NCBI GenBank assembly: GCA_050331735.1
Contig: JBHJGN010000066.1
Coordinates: forward strand, 1 to 64,000
DNA: 64,000 bases
Reading direction: 5' to 3'
Origin: Cyanophyceae cyanobacterium
GTDB taxonomy: Bacteria; Cyanobacteriota; Cyanobacteriia; Cyanobacteriales; JBHJGN01
The translations under genes and the position numbers were made by a program. Of this stretch, positions 29,663 to 39,717 are shown piece after piece. The first letter of the stretch is position 1. Every line of letters begins with the position of its first letter. Under the pieces are notes generated by a model. That model ran no database searches. It was not told where the DNA came from and was given only the letters and a program-made list of their open reading frames with translations.

Positions 29663-31741
29663 CTATTTCTGTTTGCGCTCCTTACGAGTGCGCGGTTGGC
29701 GGCGGGGAGCCTGGGGAGACTGTCCGTTTTGAGCTTGCTCACAGCCGTCAGGGCGCTCGTCGAGGGGGGATGCTTCTCCGGAGGCCGCCCGTCTGCCAGA
29801 GCGTTGGCTAGTTGAACTTTGAGGGGCATCACTGGCAATTGTCGGAACCGTAAAGTGAAACTCGCTGCCGCGATCTCTCCCGGCAGATTGCGCCCATATT
29901 TCCCCCCCCCAACTATTGACAATCTGGCGACAAATTGCTAAGCCTAATCCCGTTCCGCCCGTACTCCGTCGCAAGGCTCCCTCTTCCTGATAAAAGCGGT
30001 CAAAAACGCTTTCCAGGCGTTTCGGTTCGATGCCCCGTCCGGTATCGGAGATGGTAATTTCCAATCTTTGAGGATCGTAGCGGCTGACCTCAACGGTAAT
30101 TTTGCCATCGGCTTCGGTAAACTTGCAGGCATTGTCTAAAAGCTTTGCTAATACTTCTACTAGCCACTCTCCATCTGCCTGCACTAAGGGAACGCTTGGG
30201 GTCGAAACTTCAATCTGCGGCAGGGGCTTGCCGAGGTTACGGGCGCGGACGTTGCTGAGAGCAAGTTCAATACATTCATGAAGAGAGAGGGATTCAGAAT
30301 GCCACTCGACTCGTCCGCTTTCTAGCTGAGAGAGGGTGAGGAAATCTTGAATGAGCTTGCGCATCCGCTCTGTATCGTTGAGTGCTGTGTTGAGCATCAC
30401 CTGACGCAAGTCGGGCGACATATCCGGTTCGCTCGCGAGGCTTTCTAAACAAATTTGAATCGTGGAAAGAGGAGTGCGGAGTTCGTGACCAACAATCGCG
30501 GTTAGATTTGAGCGAGTGCGGTCCAGCGCTTCAAGTTGCTGATTGAGGTCTTCTAGGTTGGCGTAGGCTTCCGCCTGAATGAGGGCGACACCAATTTGAA
30601 TCGCGATCGCCTCAACGAGCGCAATTTCTTCTGCTGTATACTCGGAGGGAGTGCCGCAGTTGTGCAGCTCAATGACCCCCAACAGGCGATCTTGGTAGAG
30701 GACGGGAACCAGGAGCCAAGAGATGATGTCAGTGGTCTGGGCTCGGTCTTTGAGCTGAGAAGATGAGGCTCGTAGCCGAGGGTCGCTGCGAGCGTCGGTG
30801 ATGCTGAGAGATTCTTTATGAGCAACGAGCTCTTGAAACAGTGGATTATCTTGCAGGGGCCACACCTGATCTTTAAGAGAGCTCACCCCGGTTAGAAATT
30901 CATGTTTGATGAGTGTGGTTTCGTCCGTTTCCTTGCAGCGATAGACTAAACAGCGACACGCGCCTGTAGCAATGCCAAGATGCTCCACCGCGATTTGCAA
31001 AATTTCTTCGGGGTCAAGCGATCGCCGAATAGCCGTGATCACCGAGTTGAGCAACTGTTCTCGCTGCTGTTTGGTCGCTAGGGAACGATTGGCTTTAATC
31101 AATTTGTACTGCCCCACCTGGAGATAGGTGACTAGCCTCTGCACAAAGGGATCTGGATTATTCGTCGGACTGGTGGTGGTGGCGGGAATGTTCAAGTAAG
31201 CTTGAGCTTGCTTGACTTTATCAGCGAGCTCTGGCCGGTAATGAACAATCCGCTTCAGCAGCTCTGCTGCTGCCTGGTTACTCACCTGACGGTCGAAGGT
31301 CCAAATCCCTTCAAAGCGTCGGCTGTTGTCCATTTCTAGATCGGGAGCTTGCGCAAAGGATGCTGCTCGTTCTTGACAAACCAAGCAGCTACAGTATTGC
31401 CGAGCAATCACGACGAGATGCCACTCCTGCGCTAGGCTATCGGTTGGTTCAAAGGCAATCGTTTCGTAGTTGTCGGAGCGGTTGCCAAAATCTGTTTCTG
31501 GGGCGGCCAGCACGTAGACTTGGGTCGATTTTTGAGCAATGCGTTGGTATCGATGAGCTTCCTGGCGATAGAAACGCTCTCTTTGAAAGCTAGCGATGAT
31601 TAAGGGCTGCTCAGAATCGGCGAGCACCTGATCTTCCATCGCGTGGGAAAGAGCGGTCAAAGAAGATTTGAAAAATAGCTGGGGTCGTAAATGTGGCAAA
31701 GCCTGTAATAGCTCTGCTAGTACAAAGTCGGAAATGCTCAT
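29663..31741 (-). CDS. DICT-GAF sensor histidine kinase
   Basis: DICT motifs (LTALSHAMED, FQRERFY, EWHLV, FEGIWTFD), GAF domain, HELRTP, GTGLGL. Confidence 0.9.
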   Translation of the reverse strand: MSISDFVLAELLQALPHLRPQLFFKSSLTALSHAMEDQVLADSEQPLIIASFQRERFYRQEAHRYQRIAQKSTQVYVLAAPETDFGNRSDNYETIAFEPTDSLAQEWHLVVIARQYCSCLVCQERAASFAQAPDLEMDNSRRFEGIWTFDRQVSNQAAAELLKRIVHYRPELADKVKQAQAYLNIPATTTSPTNNPDPFVQRLVTYLQVGQYKLIKANRSLATKQQREQLLNSVITAIRRSLDPEEILQIAVEHLGIATGACRCLVYRCKETDETTLIKHEFLTGVSSLKDQVWPLQDNPLFQELVAHKESLSITDARSDPRLRASSSQLKDRAQTTDIISWLLVPVLYQDRLLGVIELHNCGTPSEYTAEEIALVEAIAIQIGVALIQAEAYANLEDLNQQLEALDRTRSNLTAIVGHELRTPLSTIQICLESLASEPDMSPDLRQVMLNTALNDTERMRKLIQDFLTLSQLESGRVEWHSESLSLHECIELALSNVRARNLGKPLPQIEVSTPSVPLVQADGEWLVEVLAKLLDNACKFTEADGKITVEVSRYDPQRLEITISDTGRGIEPKRLESVFDRFYQEEGALRRSTGGTGLGLAICRQIVNSWGGEIWAQSAGRDRGSEFHFTVPTIASDAPQSSTSQRSGRRAASGEASPLDERPDGCEQAQNGQSPQAPRRQPRTRKERKQK

Positions 31742-31965
31742 CTCCTGTTGTGCTGCCGTTATCCCATTCTGGAATGCTGTCGCCTCATTTCTCTATCCTA
31801 CAAAAAAGCGGCTCACTTCTTGAACGTTTTTCGGCGATTAGGCAAGCTTGTAACAAATCTTTTCAGCCCCGGAATCAGGTTGGGGTGATCGCTGGTCCCC
31901 AGCATCTGCCCTGGAGTCCGTCTCCCGGCGATGCCTCCGAGCAGCTTCAGAACGCCAACGTGGGA

Positions 31966-33177
31966 TTAAGCGGCAGCTAGCCGCTGTCCCTGCATCTGCT
32001 GTAAGTACCAGTGGTGAAACTGCGCCACCGACTTCTCCATTAGGGGGGAAAGGGGACCGGGCAAATAGGCAGAAGAACAAATCCCGGCATAGTTATGCTC
32101 GCAAAGTTGCCAATCTTGCTCGCTGGTGGCTCTCCAGACCGCCGTCACCTTGTCTACCTGGTAGTCATGGTTGGCCACCGCCGCTTCATGAACCAGGAAA
32201 GCAACATCAATCTGAGTCAGTTCAGGACTGAGGGGAATGACTCGCGTTGTCATCGCGTAGTCGGCATTGGCGTGCGCCCAAAAATTAGGTAACCCAATCA
32301 GGCGTAAGCTGCCAACAGTTGGTTCTTGGAAATCTCCCATTAGTGGAGCCGTCAACCGACCGTCTAAGCTTTCTGTCAAACAACCTTCTTTGAGAGGAAA
32401 ACGAGAGACGCGAAACCAAGAGCCATTCGGAAAATTGACCTCCCTTGGAGAAAGCCCCAAGGCTTCCCACTGTCGATAGGAGTCCGCGAGCCGGTAGGTA
32501 AAGTCATGGTCATGACGGTCATCTCCTGGCAACCCCAAATCGTAGTTAGAGAGAGCAAATTCTGGATGTCCTTGGCAGTGGTAGCACTCTCGGTTGTTCT
32601 CGATAATCATTTTCCAATTGGCTTTAATCGTGTAGCGATCGCCGGCAATAATCTTCGCTCGCTCTAGACGGTGGGGGGTGAGTTGCGGGGCGATCGCCGC
32701 TTCCGCCGCCGCAAAATCTGGCGGTACGGCAGCAAGACAGACAAACAGCAACCCCGCGAGTTCGCGTACGTGGGCAGAAGTTAGGCTGTAACAGCTCTTG
32801 TCAAAGTCTGCGCCCATGAGTCTTGCTCCTACTAAGTTACCGTTGGGTCGATAGGTCCACTGGTGGTAAGGGCACACAAACGCTTCGGTCTGTCCACGCT
32901 GATTGAAAACAATTTTTGAGCCGCGATGACGGCAGACATTAAAGTGAGCGTGGAGTTGACCAGCTCGATCTCGAACAACGATGACGGATTCGCTGCCTAT
33001 ATTCACCGTCAAATAGTCACCAGGGCGAGCCACTTCACAGCTATGTCCGACAAATAACCAGTTTTTGAAAAAGATTTGCCGCAGGTCTTCTTTAAAGACA
33101 AACTCATCAACGTAAAAAGCTTGAGGAAGCGTCATTCCCTGAGTGTAGAGACTGAGGGAGTGAGTAATCGGATTCAT
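31966..33177 (-). CDS. Rieske non-heme iron oxygenase alpha subunit (GbcA/Stc2-like N-demethylase group)
   Basis: Rieske CRHRG…CPYH; NWK..IENNRECYHC..HPE; EQD. Confidence 0.88.
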   Translation of the reverse strand: MNPITHSLSLYTQGMTLPQAFYVDEFVFKEDLRQIFFKNWLFVGHSCEVARPGDYLTVNIGSESVIVVRDRAGQLHAHFNVCRHRGSKIVFNQRGQTEAFVCPYHQWTYRPNGNLVGARLMGADFDKSCYSLTSAHVRELAGLLFVCLAAVPPDFAAAEAAIAPQLTPHRLERAKIIAGDRYTIKANWKMIIENNRECYHCQGHPEFALSNYDLGLPGDDRHDHDFTYRLADSYRQWEALGLSPREVNFPNGSWFRVSRFPLKEGCLTESLDGRLTAPLMGDFQEPTVGSLRLIGLPNFWAHANADYAMTTRVIPLSPELTQIDVAFLVHEAAVANHDYQVDKVTAVWRATSEQDWQLCEHNYAGICSSAYLPGPLSPLMEKSVAQFHHWYLQQMQGQRLAAA

Positions 33178-33231
33178 AAAAGGAAAGCGCCGACGGCGCA
33201 GGGGAAAGGAAGTAATGACTAAGTTTTTTCC

Positions 33232-34407
33232 TTATAGCCGTAAGGCGGGAACATAACCTGGTTGAGTCAGTGCCGGACGAGCAAAGGTGAATGGGGCAAT
33301 ATCGTATTGTGTTGAACCGTCGATGGCTAATTCACTGAGAATGCGTCCGAGTAAGCTGGCAAACTTATAGCCGTGTCCAGCCCCAATGCAGGTAGAAATC
33401 TGAGCATGGTGGGGCAAGGTGTCGAGGATAAAGTCCCTGTCGGGCGGGAGAGTGTACAGGCAGGTTTTGGTGTACAGTTTTGGTCCGACAAAATTGGGAA
33501 TTCGAGTCCCAAGAAAGTCGTCTAGCTGCTTTTCTCTAGACCTATTGGGCGTAAAGGTGCGTGTTTGTGGCGTCACCGGATCTCCCGAAGCATCGATGGC
33601 GGCTTTTGTCGCCATCTCGCCGTAAACGGGAAAACCGTAGTAGCTAAAATCGTCTTTCCACTGGAAAATCGGGAAGTTGCCAACGGTGAATGATTTGAGG
33701 TGCGGAGTCGCGTAATACGTTACCTGTTCCTGGGTAACGGTCAGCGGCAACTGAATGCCAACAGAAGCCAGGAGGGTGTTCGTCCAAGCCCCCGCCGTGA
33801 GGACTAGCTTGCGACAGGTAAACGTTCCCTGCGCCGTTTTCAAACTGACTCCCTGCTCTCCATCCGGATAAATTCCTAGGACCGGGCATTCTGCGAGTAT
33901 CGTGGCTCCATATCCACGGGCCAGGGCCAGGTGCAAAGCATTACCCCGCGACGGATCGACAATGCCAGTTTGCTCCTGATACAGCGCTGCTACCTCTTGC
34001 TGTGGCTGAAACTGCGGGAAGCGATACCGCAGTTCATCGGTGTTCAGACGCTCGAAGGGAATCTGAGCTCGCGTCATTGCCGTCGCGTAGTCTTCAACGA
34101 TCTGAAGATACGGGCTTTCTCGCTCGGCAATTTGTACGCCTCCAGTGCGGGTAACGGGGGAAATCCCGGCTTCCTCTGCTACTGTTTCCCACGCCTGATA
34201 GGCGAAGGGCGTGAGGCGAGCGTACTTTTCCTGATGGTAAGCAAGGCGGATAATCCGCGAGTAGTCCTGAGAGCTACCGCAATGATGAAACAGGGGAAAC
34301 TGCTCAATTCCCAGTACCTCGTTCCCTGCTCGTTTAGCTAGCCAGTAGAGAGCTGCACTGCCAATGCCTCCACAGCCCAGTACAATGCTGTTGTAGTCGG
34401 TTTTCAT
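33232..34407 (-). CDS. Monomeric sarcosine / N-methyltryptophan oxidase (SolA-like)
   Basis: GCGGIGSA FAD motif, GSSQDYSRIIR, CLYTLPPD, GHGYKFAS. Confidence 0.88.
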   Translation of the reverse strand: MKTDYNSIVLGCGGIGSAALYWLAKRAGNEVLGIEQFPLFHHCGSSQDYSRIIRLAYHQEKYARLTPFAYQAWETVAEEAGISPVTRTGGVQIAERESPYLQIVEDYATAMTRAQIPFERLNTDELRYRFPQFQPQQEVAALYQEQTGIVDPSRGNALHLALARGYGATILAECPVLGIYPDGEQGVSLKTAQGTFTCRKLVLTAGAWTNTLLASVGIQLPLTVTQEQVTYYATPHLKSFTVGNFPIFQWKDDFSYYGFPVYGEMATKAAIDASGDPVTPQTRTFTPNRSREKQLDDFLGTRIPNFVGPKLYTKTCLYTLPPDRDFILDTLPHHAQISTCIGAGHGYKFASLLGRILSELAIDGSTQYDIAPFTFARPALTQPGYVPALRL

Positions 34408-34526
34408 GAAGCTGAATGTTTCGATTTCGCTCGATTGTAAAGAGAGATATCGTGTCATTCAAGATACACAGCAACCGAATTTTGCAGGCAATCATTGTGC
34501 TCTGAGCACAAGCGCCGCCAGTCCCT

Positions 34527-34632
34527 AGCGGGACGGGGAAGGGGGAACGGGGAAAGGGAAAAGGGAAAGGTCTACCGGAATTAGGAACGAGCTGAACAAT
34601 GTTTTCCTTTTCCCGTCGCTCCGCGACGGGTC
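34527..34632. repeat. Small dispersed repeat (GGGAAA-rich tract plus GTCGCTCCGCGACGGGT hairpin module)
   Basis: Shares a 17-bp identical module and similar flanks with 39547-39717. Confidence 0.7.
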
Positions 34633-34885
34633 TTGATCAAAATCGTTATGACTATGATATAGTTGTAACAGTTCTTAATTAAGTTTGACCGACAGAACTT
34701 GTCGCTTGTCAAATGAGGAGGGAAGCTGCCTCGGCTGAATTCAGTGAGACACAAACTCGCAGCTACCGGAGAACGGTAACGGTGTTTTTCCCAGACAACG
34801 GGAGCACACCTGAAAGGGGCAGGACAGTTTTTAAGCAGCCCTGTCTTTTGAACACAGCTTACTAATTACTAAGGAGAGTAACTGC

Positions 34886-35491
34886 ATGACCTATCCAGCA
34901 GAAGGATGTTTAAGAGTCGGTCAGGAAGCTCCTGACTTTACGGCGACGGCTGTTGTCGATCAGGAATTTAAGACGCTTAAGCTGTCGGATTATCGTGGCA
35001 AATATGTCGTTCTGTTTTTCTATCCTCTAGACTTTACGTTTGTTTGCCCCACCGAGATTACGGCGTTTAGCGATCGCTACCAAGAGTTTACCCAAATTAA
35101 CACTGAAGTGTTGTCTGTCTCCGTAGACAGTGAATTTTCTCATCTAGCTTGGATTCAAACAGCGCGCACCGATGGCGGTGTTGGCAACGTTGTTTATCCA
35201 ATGGTGTCGGATATTAAAAAAGAAATTAGTACGGCATACAACGTTCTTGACCCAGAAGCCGGAGTCGCTCTGCGTGGTCTATTTCTGATTGATAAAGAGG
35301 GCATTATTCAGCACGCGACGATCAATAATCTCTCCTTTGGTCGCAGCGTTGAAGAAACTCTTCGCACTCTCAAAGCGATTCAATACGTTCAAACTCATCC
35401 CGATGAAGTGTGTCCGGCTGAATGGGTAGAAGGGGGCAAAACGATGGTTCCCGATCCCCAAAAGTCGAAAGTATACTTCTCAGCGGTTTAA
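34886..35491 (+). CDS. 2-Cys peroxiredoxin (AhpC/TSA)
   Basis: [13 protein letters not shown] and EVCPA motifs; RBS AAGGAG upstream. Confidence 0.96.
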   Translation: MTYPAEGCLRVGQEAPDFTATAVVDQEFKTLKLSDYRGKYVVLFFYPLDFTFVCPTEITAFSDRYQEFTQINTEVLSVSVDSEFSHLAWIQTARTDGGVGNVVYPMVSDIKKEISTAYNVLDPEAGVALRGLFLIDKEGIIQHATINNLSFGRSVEETLRTLKAIQYVQTHPDEVCPAEWVEGGKTMVPDPQKSKVYFSAV

Positions 35492-35531
35492 GCTGGATGA
35501 GCTAATCTCTTACCTTAAAGAGCAACTGACC

Positions 35532-35566
35532 AACCCCAACCTTTAAAGATTGGGGTTAATTTTTTG
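35532..35566 (+). terminator. Rho-independent terminator after the peroxiredoxin gene
   Basis: AACCCCAA…TTGGGGTT stem followed by AATTTTTT. Confidence 0.7.
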
Positions 35567-36066
35567 AAATTTGCTGAGCCTAATACGAGCGAGGTATCAT
35601 CTGTTGCGACAGTAGGCAGATTGAAGCAGTAGCCCACCCCCTCTCAAACTGCTTAAAGAGGCAATTGCCGCTAAACCAGGTTTCATTGGAGGCACTTTTA
35701 ACAACACAAAATGCCTCAGATGCTCGAGCAGGCTGCTGAATTTGAGCGAGAACCACTATTGAAATCATCGGTGAGGAATTGAGCAATCGTTTAATCACAA
35801 GCTTTAGGTGAAATGACGCTGTTAGAGTTTACTGCTACATTAATCGGGACGTATCTTCGTACCTTGGGTTTCTGCTTGCTATTGCTGGAGCAATACTCAT
35901 CGAAAATTTGATGCCGTTGGCTGATCTAGAAATATTATTTTGTCAGAACAGCGTCGCACCTGCTCTTATCTGACCAACTACTGCCATAGCCGGTATGCGT
36001 CAAAACTTCAGCTCTCTTCATTCGATAAAGTAGAGAAGTAAGCTTCACCTGAATCATTAAAACAGC

Positions 36067-37248
36067 ATGCAGTATCGGCGTTTTGGTCGCACAGAGTTAC
36101 AGATGCCCGTTTTCTCTTGTGGTGGGATGCGATATCAGTACAAGTGGAAAGATGTCCCAGGATGGCAAATTCCAAGGGCGAATCAGCAGAATTTAGAAGC
36201 AACAATTCGTCGTTCGTTGGAAGTTGGCATTAATCATATCGAGACGGCGCGGGGATATGGCACCTCTGAGCTACAGTTGGGGAGAGTGTTGCCCAAGCTG
36301 CCGCGAGAGAAGCTAATTGTGCAAACCAAAGTCGGTCCGAGAGCCGATGTTGACGAGTTCCGCCGGATGTTTCATCAGTCGCTCTCGTTTCTCCAGCTAG
36401 AGAGTGTCGATCTCCTAGCCCTTCACGGCATTAACACCCAAGAACGTCTCGACCAGAGCATCAGACCCGGAGGCTGTATCGATGAAGCCCGCAAGTTTCA
36501 GAAACAGGGCAAAGTCCAATTTATTGGCTTCTCTACCCACGGTCCCACCGATATTATTGTCAAAGCTATCGAAACCAATCAGTTTGACTACGTCAACCTG
36601 CACTGGTACTACATTAACCAAACCAACTGGCCAGCGATTGAGGCGGCTACTCGCCACGATATGGGAGTCTTTATTATTAGTCCCTCTGATAAAGGGGGCA
36701 AACTCTATAGTCCGCCACCAAAGCTGGTGGAACTGTGTCAGCCGCTTAGTCCGATGGTTTTTAACGATCTCTTTTGCCTCAGCCATCCCCAGGTGCATAC
36801 GCTGAGCCTAGGCGCGTCTCACCCCACAGACTTTGACGAACACCTCAAGGTATTGCCTCTGATAGAGCATGCTGACGAGATCTTACCACCCATTTTGGCG
36901 CGACTCGAGCAGGAGGCGATCGCCTGCTTAGGAGAAGAATGGGTGCGCACCTGGCACGAGGGTTTACCCAACCACGAGGAAACTCCAGGCAACGTTAACA
37001 TTCCCACTATTTTGTGGCTGAGAAACTTGGCCATTGCCTACGATATGATAGAGTACGCTCAAGGGCGCTACAACCTCCTCGGCAACGGCGGACACTGGTT
37101 TGCTGGGGCGAACGCCGAACGGGTGCCCGCTCTCGATCTGAGCTCCTGCTTAGCTCAGAGTCCCCACAGCAAAATCATTCCAGATTTACTGCTCGATGCT
37201 CATCGTCGTCTTAACGGCCAGTCTGTCCCGCGTCTTTCCCAAAGCTGA
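36067..37248 (+). CDS. Aldo/keto reductase
   Basis: MQYRRFGRT, HIETARGYGTSE, QTK, LHG, GFSTH. Confidence 0.9.
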   Translation: MQYRRFGRTELQMPVFSCGGMRYQYKWKDVPGWQIPRANQQNLEATIRRSLEVGINHIETARGYGTSELQLGRVLPKLPREKLIVQTKVGPRADVDEFRRMFHQSLSFLQLESVDLLALHGINTQERLDQSIRPGGCIDEARKFQKQGKVQFIGFSTHGPTDIIVKAIETNQFDYVNLHWYYINQTNWPAIEAATRHDMGVFIISPSDKGGKLYSPPPKLVELCQPLSPMVFNDLFCLSHPQVHTLSLGASHPTDFDEHLKVLPLIEHADEILPPILARLEQEAIACLGEEWVRTWHEGLPNHEETPGNVNIPTILWLRNLAIAYDMIEYAQGRYNLLGNGGHWFAGANAERVPALDLSSCLAQSPHSKIIPDLLLDAHRRLNGQSVPRLSQS

Positions 37249-37345
37249 ATCATCCCAGTGACAAGAGGAAATGTCACTCCGGGCAAGGGGAAAGGGTTGA
37301 TTTTTGAGTGGTTCTGACCTGACTCCTAACTGCTCAAACATACCG

Positions 37346-38248
37346 CTAACTGCCTCCTGAATTCTTTTTTGACTTTTCAAGGGCTTTCTTGACGAGAGCC
37401 GGAATTTCAGCCGGTCGTTGGGCTACGGTAACTTTGGCTTTTTTAAAGGCAGCGAGAGTTTGCTTCGGTTGACTCACCGAGGGGACAGAGTAGGATAAGC
37501 CTGTTTTGACGCTGGCTTGAGCGAACACTGGTTTTTCTGCTGGTGCTTGCAGTCCACACAGATAAACAATTACTGGTTTACTAACGGCATCAGTTAGATA
37601 CTGAGCCGTCGCTTCTTCAAGAATGCCGCCTGCGTAGCCAATTAACACAATGACTTCAGTAGCATCATCCTCATCTAAGTAGCGCAGCCAGTCCTGAAAA
37701 GAAGAGCCAACAATACCGTCGTTCCCAATGCTGACAACAAGCGACTGACCTAAATCTGCCCGGTTTAATTCAAGAGCCACTTCATTGCTGAGAGCGTGGG
37801 TGCGACCAATGATGCCAACGCTGCCAGAACAATAGAAACGAGGAGAATCGATGCCGAGCCACATTTTCTCAGGAACGACAATTCCTCCGCTTCCAGGTCC
37901 GACAATCACAGTATCCGTTTCAGCTTGAGCGAGGAGCTTCACCATATCTAGGGGGGGAACTCCCCGAGTAACAATGATCATCTGTTTAATGTCGGAGGCG
38001 ATCGCTTCTAAGGCCGCATCGAGCACGGCATACGCTTCTACAAAGATGAGTGTGGTGTCAATGGCTCCCACTTCAGCCACCGCCTCTTCTACTAAATTGA
38101 AGATAGGAATATCGTTAAGAGTTTGTCCACCCTGTCCGGCAATGACTTCAGCGACAATATTTGTGCCGTAGGCTTTCATCTGAGCCGCATAGCCTGAACC
38201 GAGGGAGTTATCGATTCCCTGAACAAGTACTTGATTGACAGTCCACAT
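37346..38248 (-). CDS. sucD: Succinyl-CoA synthetase alpha-subunit-like protein (divergent)
   Basis: VLVQGI, YGTNIV, VGPGSGG, GQS..VSIGND; the GHAGA phospho-His motif is missing. Confidence 0.75.
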   Translation of the reverse strand: MWTVNQVLVQGIDNSLGSGYAAQMKAYGTNIVAEVIAGQGGQTLNDIPIFNLVEEAVAEVGAIDTTLIFVEAYAVLDAALEAIASDIKQMIIVTRGVPPLDMVKLLAQAETDTVIVGPGSGGIVVPEKMWLGIDSPRFYCSGSVGIIGRTHALSNEVALELNRADLGQSLVVSIGNDGIVGSSFQDWLRYLDEDDATEVIVLIGYAGGILEEATAQYLTDAVSKPVIVYLCGLQAPAEKPVFAQASVKTGLSYSVPSVSQPKQTLAAFKKAKVTVAQRPAEIPALVKKALEKSKKNSGGS

Positions 38249-38262
38249 AAATAGTCGCTGAT

Positions 38263-39510
38263 TTACTTTGATTTGGAGGACACAGCTTTCACGGCTGCTT
38301 CTAAACTATCTACCCAGTCTATCGGCATCTCTGCTAACTGTTCCTTCACGTCATTAAACTCGTTAGTGAGACGGACAACCCATCTTTCAGGATGTTGAGC
38401 AGGCTCTTGAGGACGCTGACGACGACGAGAGGGGGCTCCCACTGCTCTATTTTCCCGGTCTTGGCCAGCCTTCTGAGCTTGCTGCTTCAGATGCGGCTGC
38501 CAATACTCCAAAATTGCCTGGACTGTTGCCTGAGCCAGTTCCTCGTTGCCAACAATATTAATCAGTAAAATTTTGCTTTCGACTGCGAGGGCCATTGTCA
38601 GCGCCTTTGCCATCTGTTGAGCTAGCGCAGAAGGCGGCAGAAGAGTTCCCTGCGAGCGGTCTTCAACAATGAGGCACGAAGAGAGTTGACCTTTTTCTCC
38701 CGCCACTAAATCCCAAGTAGCGTGGGCCAAAAGCTCACTATTGCAAATTAGGCCGAGCTCTCCTGGCTGGTCTAAATCTGCCAGCCAGTGCAGCCCGGGC
38801 AGACGACATACGGGAAGAGAAAAGCTATTTTCTAAGGACATAGCCGAGTTTTGGAACGCCGCGAGGGCGAGTAAATCTACATGACGGTCGATGGCGTTGT
38901 CATTGGCTGAAATTTTGCCGTCTAACGCCATGACTTCCCCATTGGCTTCGACTCCTAAAGGATTAATTTCGATCGCATCTAAATCTTTTTCAATAAACAA
39001 ACGGTACATCTTCTCGATAATGGTGCTCGTCGTCTCGATCAGTCGACCCTCAAGCCCCATCGCGATTGCTAGCCGACGAGCGTAGAAAGGAGAAAATTCG
39101 CCTGCTATCGTGACCTTGTGTAAATGATCGAGCAGCGCGTCCGCATTCATCCCGCCATTCGCCGAGCCAATGAGCACAGGTTGCTGGAGTTGATAATCGA
39201 GAACAACCGCTAAAAATACCTCCTGTTCAGTGTTGTAGCGAGCTTCCGCTAATAGGACTTGCGGATATTCTCCGGAAATGGGCAGATTAAAAATAGCTCG
39301 CGCCGCCGCGATCGCATCAATTGTATTTTCAACGAACCGGATGCCTCCTGCGATTCCCCGTCCTCCTGAGCGGACCTGGGACTTCAGCACCACAGGATAG
39401 GCAATTTGCAAATCCTTGAGTTCCCGAGAATCAGCAACCGTTTGTGAGGGAAGAGTCGGAATCCCGACCTCTTTAAAGAGCTGTTTTGCCTGATATTCAA
39501 GTAGTTCCAT
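38263..39510 (-). CDS. sucC: Succinyl-CoA synthetase beta-subunit-like protein (ATP-grasp; divergent C-terminus)
   Basis: MELLEYQAKQLF, VLKSQV..GGRG.AGG, EINPL, ALDGK. Confidence 0.8.
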   Translation of the reverse strand: MELLEYQAKQLFKEVGIPTLPSQTVADSRELKDLQIAYPVVLKSQVRSGGRGIAGGIRFVENTIDAIAAARAIFNLPISGEYPQVLLAEARYNTEQEVFLAVVLDYQLQQPVLIGSANGGMNADALLDHLHKVTIAGEFSPFYARRLAIAMGLEGRLIETTSTIIEKMYRLFIEKDLDAIEINPLGVEANGEVMALDGKISANDNAIDRHVDLLALAAFQNSAMSLENSFSLPVCRLPGLHWLADLDQPGELGLICNSELLAHATWDLVAGEKGQLSSCLIVEDRSQGTLLPPSALAQQMAKALTMALAVESKILLINIVGNEELAQATVQAILEYWQPHLKQQAQKAGQDRENRAVGAPSRRRQRPQEPAQHPERWVVRLTNEFNDVKEQLAEMPIDWVDSLEAAVKAVSSKSK

Positions 39511-39546
39511 AGAACGCGCACCATCGATGAGTAACAAACATATTTC

Positions 39547-39717
39547 TGCGGGACGGGAATGTCCGGTGCGGGATGGGGAAAGGGGAAAGGGAAATCTGTC
39601 GCTCCGCGACGGGTAAAGGTAAAGAACACAGAGTTAAGGAACAAACTGAATAATTACTCCCTTTTCCCCTTTCCCCGCGCCTGCGGCGCTTTCCCCTTTC
39701 CCCTGCGCCCTTCGCGC
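39547..39717. repeat. Small dispersed repeat, same family as 34527-34632 and 33181-33210
   Basis: GGGGAAA/TTTCCCC tracts, GTCGCTCCGCGACGGGT at 39598-39614, GCGCC..GGCGC hairpin. Confidence 0.7.

Noticed and set aside
34780..34830. CTTTCAGGT on the minus strand suggesting a glycine riboswitch for solA
   Set aside because: The other conserved elements (GGAGA, CCGAAG) are not in the required positions
35580..35798. 72-aa minus-strand ORF resembling a secreted-protein remnant
   Set aside because: GTG start, no recognisable family; cannot be supported as a gene or pseudogene
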